A stretch of 64,000 bases of DNA from Thermodesulfobacteriota bacterium (GTDB taxonomy: Bacteria > Desulfobacterota > Desulfarculia > JACQYL01). A program made the translations under genes and the position numbers. The stretch spans positions 768,001 to 832,000 of the forward strand of contig CAXXLZ010000001.1 in assembly GCA_963675595.2 (NCBI GenBank). Reading direction: 5' to 3'. The notes under the pieces are model-generated. The model saw only the letters and a program-made list of their open reading frames with translations. It did no database searches and had not been told where the DNA came from. Of this stretch, positions 38,697-48,949 are shown piece after piece (positions within the stretch are counted from its first letter, which is position 1; every line of letters begins with the position of its first letter).

Positions 38697-40022
38697 TCAA
38701 TTTCCGAAAACGACTCTTGGGAGCCATGTCGCCAAGGACGGATACAACACTACGATGAACAACCCGACCAATTGTACGAAGACGAAGGGGATGATTCCCC
38801 TGTAGATATCCCCGGTGGTGACTTCCGGAGGAGTGACCGCTTTCAAATAAAAGAGAGAGAATCCGAACGGAGGCGTCATGAAAGAGGTCTGGAGGTTTAC
38901 GGCAATGAGAATGCAGAACCAAAGGGGGTCGAAACCGAATTCGATCATGATGGGGGCGAGAACGGGCACGTGTATGAAGGTGATCTCAATGAAGTCCAGA
39001 AAGAAACCGATGATGAAGATCAGCCCCATGACAATGGCCAATACGGCCCACTTACTGTAGACGTCGGCGATTCCCCCCAAGAAGTCGCGCACCACGGTGT
39101 CCCCGCCGAGGCCTCGGAACACGAGTCCGAAGGCGGCGGCGCCCACAAGAATGATGAACACCATACAAGTCAGTCTTACCGTGGTAATCATGACTTCATT
39201 CAGTATCCGGAGATTGAAGCGACGGTTGGCGATGGTCAGAAGAGTGGCGCCCACCGCACCCACTGCGGCCGCCTCGGTGGGTGAAGCCAAGCCGGCGAAA
39301 ATGGAGCCGAGAACGGCAACCATCAGAAACAAAGGCGGCACGAGCGCCTTCGCGATCCTTCCAAAAAACTGCTTACGGCTGAGAGCCGCCAATTCCGCTC
39401 TTGGGATGGGGGGTGCGAGTTTGGGGCGAAACAGCGAAATCAGGAATATATAAAGAACGTAAAGCCCCACCAGAAGCATGCCCGGGAGAAAAGCGCCGAC
39501 GAATAAGTCCCCCACCGGCACGCCCACAATGTCTCCGATGAGCACCAGGACAATACTTGGAGGGATGATTTGTCCCAAGGTTCCCGAGGCGGACACGGTG
39601 CCTGTGGCCAACTCCTTCTGGTATCCCCTCCGGAGCATGGTGGGTACGGCCAGAAGCCCCATGGTGACCACGGTGGCGCCGACGATACCGGTTGAAGCTC
39701 CCAATAACGCTCCGACTACAACCACCGAAACGGCCAGACCACCTCTGATTCGGCCGAACAGAAGCCCCATGGTTTCGAGCAGGTCCTCGGCCAATCCCGA
39801 ACGTTCCAGCATCACTCCCATGAACACGAACAACGGAACGGCGGCCAAGGTGAAATTCGTCATCACCCCCCAGATTCGCAAGGGGAGGAGGTTAAAAAAG
39901 CCCCAGCCGAAACCGAAGAGCCCGAACGCCAAGGCCGTTCCCAGCAATGTGAAGGTCACCGGGAAACCGATCATCAGCAGCACGGTCAGCGCCAGGAACA
40001 TCCATGCAGGCAGGTATTCCAT
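38697..40022 (-). CDS. dctM: TRAP transporter large permease
   Basis: GTLGQIIPPS, PTEAAAVGA, QTSFMTPPFG. Confidence 0.93.
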   Translation of the reverse strand: MEYLPAWMFLALTVLLMIGFPVTFTLLGTALAFGLFGFGWGFFNLLPLRIWGVMTNFTLAAVPLFVFMGVMLERSGLAEDLLETMGLLFGRIRGGLAVSVVVVGALLGASTGIVGATVVTMGLLAVPTMLRRGYQKELATGTVSASGTLGQIIPPSIVLVLIGDIVGVPVGDLFVGAFLPGMLLVGLYVLYIFLISLFRPKLAPPIPRAELAALSRKQFFGRIAKALVPPLFLMVAVLGSIFAGLASPTEAAAVGAVGATLLTIANRRFNLRILNEVMITTVRLTCMVFIILVGAAAFGLVFRGLGGDTVVRDFLGGIADVYSKWAVLAIVMGLIFIIGFFLDFIEITFIHVPVLAPIMIEFGFDPLWFCILIAVNLQTSFMTPPFGFSLFYLKAVTPPEVTTGDIYRGIIPFVFVQLVGLFIVVLYPSLATWLPRVVFGN

Positions 40023-40555
40023 CAGGAAGGATCGTCCTTTCCCGGTTCATCTTTGCCCAAGATCGTCAACAGACTTTTGATGCCCAGGGAGATTCCCTGA
40101 AGAGTGATCAGAACGAAGCCCAAAGGAATAGCGGACTTAAGGACAAATCGGTAGGGGATGCCGCCGGGATCGGGAGAGCCTTCCATGACCGACCAAGAAG
40201 TGTGCACGAACTTAAATGAGGTGTCGATGACAAGAAAACAGCCCGGTAACAGAAACAGAAGAACGCCGAGAAAGTTAACCCAGGCCTTCGCTTTGGTTGT
40301 CATGCGTTGGTAAAAGATATCGACGCGGACGTGACCGTCGTAGAGCAGAGTATAGCCGGCTCCTACGAGGAAGACGAAAGCGAAGAGATGCCACTCGAGT
40401 TCCTGGGTGAATACGAAACTGATGCGGAAAGCGTAGCGCATGACCACATCGACAAAGACTACGAGAACGAGAAGAAGCGTCACCCACGCAACGCCTCTGC
40501 CGACCCATTCGTTCAACGTGTCAATCCACCGGCATAGTTTCAGAAGCAATCTCAT
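40022..40555 (-). CDS. dctQ: TRAP transporter small permease
   Basis: QELEWHL, HVRVDI; four TM segments. Confidence 0.92.
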   Translation of the reverse strand: MRLLLKLCRWIDTLNEWVGRGVAWVTLLLVLVVFVDVVMRYAFRISFVFTQELEWHLFAFVFLVGAGYTLLYDGHVRVDIFYQRMTTKAKAWVNFLGVLLFLLPGCFLVIDTSFKFVHTSWSVMEGSPDPGGIPYRFVLKSAIPLGFVLITLQGISLGIKSLLTILGKDEPGKDDPS

Positions 40556-40803
40556 GCTCCAAAGCCAAGTGACGACTCTCCAGGAACAACGGCGACCAGC
40601 GACAATCTAATGGAATTCCCTTCGAGAAGCAACCCTGGAAAAACTTAAGGCCCTTTATTTAACGGTGTTGGCGGAGGCCGAAAATCCGTCATATTGAATC
40701 AAATTAGATTTTTTCATCGGTCAGGTTTTTTGAGCTCCATCCCTTAGATAATAATGAAGCCTCTCTTATGGAATTGCATCATTCCATCCGGAAGACGCAC
40801 ATC

Positions 40804-41748
40804 TCACATGAGACGAAGGAGGAAGCGAAACCAGTTCTCTCCGCAGATCATGCGAACCGCTTCCTCTGAATATCCCAGAAGGACAAGGGAGTGGGCCAAG
40901 TCCCGGAGTCTGCCGGGATGTTCCAAGCCGAGATTGATCGGATCAAATCCCCCGTAGTCCGAACCTACGGCCGCGCAACCGGGACCGTGCTTCTGAACCA
41001 GCCGGTCGATTTGATGTATCACCGTCTCCATATCGGCCAATCCGGTTTTCAGCAACATTTCGGGGTTTATCGTAATCCCGATAACGCCGTCGCGCCGCAC
41101 CAGCTCTTCCACTTGCCAGTCCGCCAGGTTTCTGGGGATGTTGGAGAAATGCCTGAACCCGGTGTGAGAGGAGCACAGCGGACCTTCGAACAGGTCGAGG
41201 AGGTCTCGGAAGCACGGGTCTGAAAGATGCGCCGTGTCGATTGCGAATCCCATTGAAGACAGGTCGCGTACGAGCCGTTTTCCGGCCGCGGTCAGCCCCG
41301 ATGGGGAAGGCACGCCGTTTCCGTCCCCCAGTCGATTGCCGCCGGCGTGGGTGAGTCCCACCAACCGAATCCCGAGTTCTTTGATCGTCTTGAGGTCGAG
41401 TTCAAGCAGGCCGTCGGCGTTTTCGATGAGGTGGAAGAAACCGGGCGGCCCGGGTTTCTCAAAACATTCTTTCAGTTCGCTTCCGGACCGAATCCAACGA
41501 AGCGAGCCGAGATATGTCTCGGCGTATTCCAGCAAAGTATGGATGAACGCCGACGACGTTTCAGGACCGTTGTTCGTGTCCGGACAGTAGAGCGCACTTC
41601 CGAGAACCTTGACGCCTCCCTCCGTCAACATCCGCAGTTGTACGCTTCCCCCGTCGCAAAGCTCCAATGGCCTTCCGGGACAGCGACGCATCATATCGTA
41701 GAGAAGGTCCACGTGTCCGTCGATGAATGGAAAGAGCGGCCCCGCCAT
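40804..41748 (-). CDS. Membrane dipeptidase family (M19) metallohydrolase
   Basis: IDGHVD, IENAD, DTAHLS, SSHT, PRNL, GSDYGG, GENW. Confidence 0.85.
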   Translation of the reverse strand: MAGPLFPFIDGHVDLLYDMMRRCPGRPLELCDGGSVQLRMLTEGGVKVLGSALYCPDTNNGPETSSAFIHTLLEYAETYLGSLRWIRSGSELKECFEKPGPPGFFHLIENADGLLELDLKTIKELGIRLVGLTHAGGNRLGDGNGVPSPSGLTAAGKRLVRDLSSMGFAIDTAHLSDPCFRDLLDLFEGPLCSSHTGFRHFSNIPRNLADWQVEELVRRDGVIGITINPEMLLKTGLADMETVIHQIDRLVQKHGPGCAAVGSDYGGFDPINLGLEHPGRLRDLAHSLVLLGYSEEAVRMICGENWFRFLLRLM

Positions 41749-41752
41749 GAGA

Positions 41753-42694
41753 CTACCTCTCGGCTCTGATGAACCGACTCCTTATACGTTCGAAATGGTT
41801 GCGGTGGTTGCGCAACGTCCACCAGATCGCACCTGTTGCCGAAATCCTCCAGGCTGGGCTGATGAGTCCGCGATCGCCTTGAAGAATTCGAGAAACGTTG
41901 TGAAAACCGTCGCCCGGATAGGAGCCGCGTTTGGTCCCTCCGAGCCATTCAGCTTCCTCTGAGAACTCCTCCGACCAGGAAAAGGGATCGGAGAACAGGA
42001 AGCCGGAGCGTTCGGGAGCCGCCACACGGCTGGCGTCCATGAGATGCTGAAGAGGATTGGGTAACCTGTCCAGGAGATTCAGCGAAGATACCTCCGAAAA
42101 CGCGCCGGAAGAGAAGGGCAGAGCCTGGGCATCCGCCACCAGGAACTCCACGCGTGCGGGGTCCCAATCCGACGGAAAGCGGAATTGCACATTTCGTGAG
42201 AGCCTTCCTTCTTCCGGCACTTGGAAATGGGTTCCGCCTTCAAGCATCAGTTCCCGGGCCTTGCGCACAAATCCTGTCGAGCGGTCGATTCCTAGGGCAA
42301 AATCGGACCTTACGCTCATTTCAAAGGTCATGCGCCCCACGGCGCAACCGATGTCCAACGCGAGTCCTGAAGTTTTTCCGAGGAGCGAAGCCCATTGAGA
42401 ATAAGCGGTATTGCACTCTTCCTCCATGGCGGCTTCTCCGAAATGACTCCAAAGATAGGGTGCCAGAACCGCTTCGTCCTCGTACTTGGAGAGCAAAGCC
42501 GGGTTCGGGGGCGAGGCGACCGGGGAAAGGTCCGCGAGACCTTCACTGATCGGGTATCGTGCTCCGCACAACGGACAACCGAGTTCGCCTTCGGTTACGT
42601 CTCCCGATGCGCATTCTCGAGCGGTAAGACGGAGGGAAGACTCTCGCGGCAAACACGAAGGACAAATCAAAATACGCGTAACGGTTTCTTTCAC
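41753..42694 (-). CDS. SAM methyltransferase with N-terminal Trm112-like zinc finger
   Basis: CPSC...CPLC..YPISEG; ALDIGCAVGR; NLLDRL. Confidence 0.8.
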   Translation of the reverse strand: MKETVTRILICPSCLPRESSLRLTARECASGDVTEGELGCPLCGARYPISEGLADLSPVASPPNPALLSKYEDEAVLAPYLWSHFGEAAMEEECNTAYSQWASLLGKTSGLALDIGCAVGRMTFEMSVRSDFALGIDRSTGFVRKARELMLEGGTHFQVPEEGRLSRNVQFRFPSDWDPARVEFLVADAQALPFSSGAFSEVSSLNLLDRLPNPLQHLMDASRVAAPERSGFLFSDPFSWSEEFSEEAEWLGGTKRGSYPGDGFHNVSRILQGDRGLISPAWRISATGAIWWTLRNHRNHFERIRSRFIRAER

Positions 42695-42912
42695 GGGCGC
42701 TCCTGTTTAGGATGTCCGAGACGTTACACCGGGGGTCTTGTGGTTTCAATGGGGAAATTCGGTCCAGTGAGTTGTTCTATGGTGCACGCTTGATTCGGAC
42801 TTTTCCGTGTGCATAATGCTCATAAACGATTACATGCGGATTCAGCGGTGGGACGGGCGCTTGGCGTTCCGGCAACAGGCGGCGATTATTTCAAAAAAGA
42901 CGAAGGAAGATC

Positions 42913-43539
42913 ATGGTCCGACAGATGAATCTCGAAATCGGAACCTTGTTGATGATAGAGACGCAGGGCGTGGCCAATCCGGTCAAGGGAGTGTTTGTGG
43001 GAATGGTCCCGGGGCAGTACCTGATTGTGCAATCTCCCAGCGCACCCGTGCTTGCGGACCAATTGCGGGAAGGGGGGAGGCTCGTCGTCCGTTACCTGTT
43101 TTCGGGGGTGGTCTACGGATTCAAGACTTCCGTCAAAATGCTCCTGAACGTTGAAGGCCAGCGACTTCTGTTCATCACCTATCCCTTGATCGTGGAGGAG
43201 CATAATCTAAGAAGATACAATCGCATCGAGTTTCACCTGCCTGCAACCATTCGAATCGGGAACCTGGAATACCAAGGAGATATCCTCGATATCAGTCTGG
43301 CCGGATGCGGTTTCAATCTCAAGCACGAGAGCATACCGGGAATAGTGATGGACGAAAAGGTTGAGCTTTGCTTTCGTTTTCCCGGCCTTGAAGACTCCAC
43401 GAACTGGTCCGGCGTCGTTCGAAATATTACCATAGGGAAATTCGACGCCAAGCTGGGTATTCAGTTCGAAAACATCGACGCAGATATCGCAGGGAGGATC
43501 GAAGCCTACATCAAGTCCGTGACGGAATATTTCGAATAG
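42913..43539 (+). CDS. YcgR-like PilZ-domain c-di-GMP receptor
   Basis: RxxxR motif (RRYNR) and DxSxxG motif (DISLAG). Confidence 0.88.
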   Translation: MVRQMNLEIGTLLMIETQGVANPVKGVFVGMVPGQYLIVQSPSAPVLADQLREGGRLVVRYLFSGVVYGFKTSVKMLLNVEGQRLLFITYPLIVEEHNLRRYNRIEFHLPATIRIGNLEYQGDILDISLAGCGFNLKHESIPGIVMDEKVELCFRFPGLEDSTNWSGVVRNITIGKFDAKLGIQFENIDADIAGRIEAYIKSVTEYFE

Positions 43540-43889
43540 AGCCACGACGGAGTCGACGTCCAGGGTCCGACATTTCTCCGGATCGCGTGGTTCGACGTCC
43601 GCAGTCCGCAAGTTCGGACGCCTGCCTCTCGGACTGCCTGATGACGCTTCGCACGTTCCGACCATTCATCCGGTTCTTTCTCCTAGGCCATATTTCCCCG
43701 TTCGCCCGTGTCCCTTTCCGGTATCTCCGGCCCCGGCTCATGCCGGTCCGGCGTCGACGAATATCCCTGGCAAGCTCTTGGGCGACCATGCGATGAGTGA
43801 TGCCGTAATCTTGAAAAACGAAGACACGGTGCGGCGTGGCGCAATTGTAAATGAAGAGAGCCTGACCGCCGTTGGTCGGACCGCCTGAT

Positions 43890-44486
43890 TCATCGGCGCG
43901 ATGAGGGGTCCGGACCGCACCGGCCGGCCATCAAGGCTCCCACGAGGTCTTGACGAGTACGGATGGGAGTGGAGAAACGTGTGGTGATGCGACCCAATTC
44001 CGACAGGGTGTGGGCGTCGCTGCCTCCGACCCGGGTGAGATCATAGCGTTCGGTCCAGGCTTTCACGCGATCATTCTCTTGATCGCTGTTTCTACCGTTG
44101 ACTTGTTCCACAATGCTGCAAAATCCTTCCCGGACAAAACGTTCCATCGTGGGTGCACACGACCGGAAGGGGTGAGCGGCTACGGCCGCGCCCCGAGCAC
44201 TGCGGACGAAGGAGAGGAGACTCTCGGCGTCCATTCCGGGAGGCAGGCCCTCGAAAGGGCCGAAAACCAGGAAATGCCCCTGAGGAGTCATGTACTCCAT
44301 TCCGATGATGATGCACAGGCCGTCCTGCTGGATCCCTTCCCGAATGGTTTCTCCCGCATCCATGGAATCATGATCCGTGATGCAGACCCCGTCCAGCCCT
44401 TTGGACCGCGCATGGTCCAGAATCTCCGGCAAGGAAAGAACACTGCAGGGAGAAAACGATGAATGAACGTGCAAGTCGAATCGCAT
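43890..44486 (-). CDS. PHP-domain phosphoesterase
   Basis: DLHVHS, ITDHD, AHPFR, GGSDAH. Confidence 0.9.
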   Translation of the reverse strand: MRFDLHVHSSFSPCSVLSLPEILDHARSKGLDGVCITDHDSMDAGETIREGIQQDGLCIIIGMEYMTPQGHFLVFGPFEGLPPGMDAESLLSFVRSARGAAVAAHPFRSCAPTMERFVREGFCSIVEQVNGRNSDQENDRVKAWTERYDLTRVGGSDAHTLSELGRITTRFSTPIRTRQDLVGALMAGRCGPDPSSRR

Positions 44487-44627
44487 TCTTATTATGTTGC
44501 CCATACGGGCATCGGAATACCAATATAAACGCCCGATGATTCGACAGGGGTTTTATGGGAATATGCAATAGAATTGCTCCCCAACCCATTTTCAAGAGGT
44601 GCAAGATTCTTTCACGGAGGCCGTAAC

Positions 44628-46031
44628 GTGGACAAGAAATGCATTTTGCTGTTGCTGGACGGGTTGGGGGATCGTTCCTTTCCCGCACTAAATCATCGTA
44701 CTCCGCTTCAAGCCGCGAAAACTCCGGCCCTTGACCGGATTGCGACCCGAGGCTCCAATGGTCTCTATCACGCAGGCTTTTTGGGGCAGGCTTTGCCCAG
44801 CGAGAATGCCCACTTCGCGATCTTCGGCTATGACTCTGGAGATTTTCCCGGTCGAGGTGTTCTCGAAGGTTTGGGGGCGGGAATTCCGACGTCGCCGGAG
44901 GACGTCGTGGTGTTGGCGCATCTCGCCTGTGTGACAAGTGAAGAAGAGGGGTTCCGACTTCTTGAGGGAAAACCTCGTCTCGAGGCAAGCCGGGCCGGGG
45001 AACTCGTTGAAGCCGTTTCACGGTTCGAATGGGGAGGCGTTCGGATTTCTTTCCACCAAACTTCCGGGCTGTTCGGAGTCTTGCACCTGCAGGGTCACGT
45101 TAGTCGTTGGATAACGGACAGCGACCCCATGCTGGAGGGTCGGCCGATTACGGCGGTTGTTCCTTGGCGTGAAGAGGCCGGCGATCCGGCCGCAGAGAAG
45201 ACGGCGTCCGCAATGACCCGATACCTGGAATGGAGTCATGACAGGCTTTCCAAGCATATCGTTAATCACGAGCGCTCTCGACGGGGACTTCCTCCCATCA
45301 ATTTCGTGGTTACCCAAAGAGCGGGCCGGCTTCGACAACCGGTTCCCTTTTCCACGGCATACGGTTTGAGGGGGCTTTCGATCTCATCCGGAATCGTCTA
45401 CAAAGGGCTTTGCCGCTATCTCGGCATGGATGTGCTGTCGGTCGAGGATACCGATGATCCCGCAATGGATATGGATGAACGAATCGGGCTGGCCCATGAG
45501 GCACTTAGAGATTACGATTTCGTGCACGTTCATACAAAGAAGCCTGATGAGGCGGCTCACGCCAAGGATCCGAACTACAAACGCGAGGTGATTGAAGCGC
45601 TGGACCGGGGGATTCTCAGCCGTATCGAGGGCCTTCTGGATGACCCTCAGATATTGACGGTCGTCACCGCGGACCACTCAACGCCTTCTTCCGGCCCTTT
45701 GGTGCACTCCGGCGAAGCCGTGCCTTTGGCCATGACGGGGCTTGGTGTCCGGCGGGACAAGGTCGAGTCTTTTGATGAAGTGTCGGCTGCGGCGGGAGCT
45801 CTTGGGAGTGTCCGCGGAAAAGAACTGATTTATTTGGTGCTGAATCACCTGGACAAGGCGAAGCTCGTCGGCATTATGGACACCCCGGACGACCAGCCGT
45901 TTTGGCCCGGTAACGGAGAACGCTTCCGCATGTCGGGACGGGAGGACATGGCGTTCGGCGAGGACGCGCGGGATGACGGGCCTGGCCTGGAGAAGCGGTC
46001 GAAGGCATCCAACATGGGCCCCGGTGACTAG
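44628..46031 (+). CDS. Cofactor-independent phosphoglycerate mutase, ApgM-like (alkaline phosphatase superfamily)
   Basis: LDGLGDR, TPLQAAKTP, PDEAAH, TADHSTP, HSGEAVP; GGAGG RBS before a GTG start. Confidence 0.82.
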   Translation: MDKKCILLLLDGLGDRSFPALNHRTPLQAAKTPALDRIATRGSNGLYHAGFLGQALPSENAHFAIFGYDSGDFPGRGVLEGLGAGIPTSPEDVVVLAHLACVTSEEEGFRLLEGKPRLEASRAGELVEAVSRFEWGGVRISFHQTSGLFGVLHLQGHVSRWITDSDPMLEGRPITAVVPWREEAGDPAAEKTASAMTRYLEWSHDRLSKHIVNHERSRRGLPPINFVVTQRAGRLRQPVPFSTAYGLRGLSISSGIVYKGLCRYLGMDVLSVEDTDDPAMDMDERIGLAHEALRDYDFVHVHTKKPDEAAHAKDPNYKREVIEALDRGILSRIEGLLDDPQILTVVTADHSTPSSGPLVHSGEAVPLAMTGLGVRRDKVESFDEVSAAAGALGSVRGKELIYLVLNHLDKAKLVGIMDTPDDQPFWPGNGERFRMSGREDMAFGEDARDDGPGLEKRSKASNMGPGD

Positions 46032-46098
46032 TCGGAAGCCCGCGGTGCCGGAAAAAAACGGCCCGAAGAACAGGAGTTCCTCGCCTACGGAGGAGTCA

Positions 46099-46719
46099 AT
46101 GCGAGAAGACGGGAACTTGAAACGCACGTATGAACTCGGCGTCATTCATGGTCGATTCCAGGTCTTGCACAAGGACCATTTGAAGTATCTATTGGCCGGC
46201 TTACGGTTGTGCAACCATCTCGTGATCGGTGTAACCAATCCGGATCCGCTTCTCTCCAGGGAAGAAGATGCCGACCCCATCAGGGGGCGGAGTGAATCCA
46301 ATCCACTCACGTACTATGAGCGGTATGTCATGCTTCGCCGGGCAATGGAGGAAGCCGGAGTTCCCGCTGAGGATTTCAGCGTGGTCCCGTTCCCCGTTAA
46401 TATGCCGGAACTGTACCCATACTATGTGCCCATGGAAGCGGTTTTCTTCCTGACGATTTACGACGATTGGGGAAAAAGAAAGCGGGAGATTTTTGAGGCG
46501 TTGGGCTTGAATATCCATGTACTTTGGGAGGTTCCTTTAGAGCGCAAGGGGATCAGCGGTAAGGATGTCCGGGCGCTTATGGTCGAAGAGGGCCCCTGGC
46601 AGGCCCTGGTGCCGACCGGCGTGCGGTCGCTGATGGAGCAATGGCGGATTCCGGACCGACTCGGGAGGGCCGCTAAGAACAGCGATCCGTCCGAGATGCG
46701 GAGGCCAAGTAGCGGCTAG
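46099..46719 (+). CDS. HIGH-family nucleotidyltransferase (NMN adenylyltransferase-like)
   Basis: GRFQVLHKDH, NPLTYYER, ISGKDVR, W..LVP. Confidence 0.8.
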   Translation: MREDGNLKRTYELGVIHGRFQVLHKDHLKYLLAGLRLCNHLVIGVTNPDPLLSREEDADPIRGRSESNPLTYYERYVMLRRAMEEAGVPAEDFSVVPFPVNMPELYPYYVPMEAVFFLTIYDDWGKRKREIFEALGLNIHVLWEVPLERKGISGKDVRALMVEEGPWQALVPTGVRSLMEQWRIPDRLGRAAKNSDPSEMRRPSSG

Positions 46720-46840
46720 TGGAACCTGAGTACCGAGTCGCTATCATCCCTGATCGCGTGGCATGCCCGAGTGACATGTTCGGAGGCTTGAGACACGGTC
46801 TTCATCTTTCCCAAGTGGAAATGGAGAAACCCCCAAAGGC

Positions 46841-47746
46841 CTAAATGGGTCGATCGACGGAGGGGAGTAGAAGGAACACGATGATGGACAGCACCATCAA
46901 ACCGACCAGCACGCGATTTTCCCAAAAAGGTCTTTTTCTTACCACGTCTACCAGTACCATGACCGAGCCTCCTCCCAAGCATCCCAAGGCCACGGGAACC
47001 ACCAAGTCATAGGATGCCTCAGGCATGGCCCAAAGACGAAGCATCCAGAGGCCCGCTGCAAAAAGCAGCATACCGGGCCAATAGTATCCCCGAGACTTCC
47101 TGAGCGCCCCGTCCTTTTGAATCGGCTCAATAATCCAGGCCTTTGCTCTTTTACCGAGCGGCAGTCGGTTGATCTGACGGATAAGAAGTCGAAAGACATA
47201 TGCGAGGATGATTCCCATAGCCGCCCCGCCTAAAACGTCCAAGGGAAAATGTACGCCGAGGTATAAACGGGAGTAGGCGACCAAAGCGGCAAATAAGAGC
47301 AGCACCAAACGGAGGTTCGGGAAATAGAATCCCAGGAACGCGGCTGCCGCGAAATTGTTCACCGCGTGGCTGGAGGGAAAAGAAATCGTGTTCTTTTCGG
47401 TTCTTCCGGATGCGTAGCCGGCGTGCTTCCATCCGTGTTCATAGAGTCGGACATGCGCGAGAGCCTCGTATGGTCTGGCACGTCCTACCAAAGGTTTGAC
47501 GATCTCTGAGCTCAACGCATTAGCCAACCCAACCAGAAGGATTGTCGCCAGAAGTGCGAAGCGGGTCCGTTTCCCACCTCGGATCAAGGCCGTCAGGAGC
47601 ACTAAGCCGAGGATGAACAGATAGGGCTTAAGATCGAGAAAGAGCGGCATGAACCGATCGAGAAAATGGGACGTTCCCTCTTGGTTCAACCATAGGAAAA
47701 GCGTTTGATCCAGGTCGATTATATAAGAAAAGGCAGATTGAAACAT
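46841..47746 (-). CDS. PAP2-family phosphatase
   Basis: KPLVGRARP, SFPSSHA, SRLYLGVHFPLD. Confidence 0.9.
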   Translation of the reverse strand: MFQSAFSYIIDLDQTLFLWLNQEGTSHFLDRFMPLFLDLKPYLFILGLVLLTALIRGGKRTRFALLATILLVGLANALSSEIVKPLVGRARPYEALAHVRLYEHGWKHAGYASGRTEKNTISFPSSHAVNNFAAAAFLGFYFPNLRLVLLLFAALVAYSRLYLGVHFPLDVLGGAAMGIILAYVFRLLIRQINRLPLGKRAKAWIIEPIQKDGALRKSRGYYWPGMLLFAAGLWMLRLWAMPEASYDLVVPVALGCLGGGSVMVLVDVVRKRPFWENRVLVGLMVLSIIVFLLLPSVDRPI

Positions 47747-48128
47747 GAACCGGACTTTCCAGGAGGTTTCTCAGGGGATCGACTCGCATGTCCATTTTCG
47801 ACGGAAAGCGGACAAGAATCCGCTTTCGCCGCTTACCGTACCTGAGCCAAAAAGGGAATGCTGACCGAAAAGCACACTCGAAACGGAGAGGAGACGAAGT
47901 CTCTCAAGAGCCTTTCCAGAGTGGCGGTGACAACGAGGTCGTCGCGGGGCTGTTTGGCCTGTAACTCCTTGATGCAGCTTCTTGCCGCACATGACGCGAG
48001 TCGGGAAACGATAGGATTGTAAAGGGTTGGCCGTTGGGTTTCAAGCACAGAAGGATCAACAGCAGGGACACGCTTCCCGTCATCTCCGCATGGTGCTCGG
48101 GCCGTAGACGACGACACCGACCAAGGAA

Positions 48129-48794
48129 TCAATGGCCGACGGGTTCTTCAAGGTTCAGAAAGAAACTGAGATGGTTCATGTAGGAGTCGATTTCCGAAAG
48201 CAATACGGAAGAAAGATCATGAAATTGCAGACCCAGTCGCAGCTTCGAGGAATCTTTCGATACGTTCCTCGTGATGCAGTTCAGCGTATGCGTTCCGCTG
48301 ACGCCCGGAAGAGTGCAAATCAGCCCCACCTTTTGGCCGACCTCGACGACGGGTATGTTCCTGTCCTGTGCGGTGAACATACAGCCGCCTATGCTCAGGT
48401 CCAGGATGTTGCCCTTGATTTTTGACTCCCCGACGGTGAGTACCGACGGGATGCAGCATTCGACTCTCTCATGCTTTCGGAGATTGAGCTCCTCGACCTT
48501 CTCGGGGTAAGACAAGAACAGGAGTTTGATGTTGGGCTTGTACAACGATCCGGCGACTTCGCAATGAAAACCGAATACCCTCCCCGAATACAGGTATCTG
48601 ACTACCAGTCGGTTCCCCTCGAATAGACTGTTTCTATAGGCGAATATCCTGGGAGCCTGCACTACAAGGAATTCAGAAGGTGCCATGCCTACGAAGACGC
48701 CCCCGACCTGTTCGTCAACGCCCTCGATCTCCATTTTGAGAGGTGTGCCGATGGATATTTCCAACCGAGGCCAAGCATTGCCGTTTAGCGCCAT
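48129..48794 (-). CDS. YcgR-like PilZ-domain c-di-GMP receptor (paralog of 42913-43539)
   Basis: RKHER and DLSIGG motifs; shares 'GVFVGM' and 'RLVVRYL.SG.V.GF' with the other copy. Confidence 0.88.
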   Translation of the reverse strand: MALNGNAWPRLEISIGTPLKMEIEGVDEQVGGVFVGMAPSEFLVVQAPRIFAYRNSLFEGNRLVVRYLYSGRVFGFHCEVAGSLYKPNIKLLFLSYPEKVEELNLRKHERVECCIPSVLTVGESKIKGNILDLSIGGCMFTAQDRNIPVVEVGQKVGLICTLPGVSGTHTLNCITRNVSKDSSKLRLGLQFHDLSSVLLSEIDSYMNHLSFFLNLEEPVGH

Positions 48795-48949
48795 TTGCCG
48801 CACTCCGTTGACTAATGGTGATGTTAATGCCCGAGGCTGTTTGCTTGCCTTAAGGCGGAAAGCGTCTTGGGAAGGTCAAAACTGCGAACGATGGGGCGGC
48901 CTTTTCCCATCGTCCCTGTCTCAAATGGTGAATCCGGGCCGAATTACTT

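Noticed and set aside
43511-43889. Arg-rich short ORFs between the PilZ and PHP genes
   Set aside because: No RBS or motif support; composition resembles translated GC-rich non-coding DNA.
47747-48128. Hairpins suggesting an ncRNA or tRNA
   Set aside because: No cloverleaf or known riboswitch consensus could be identified.
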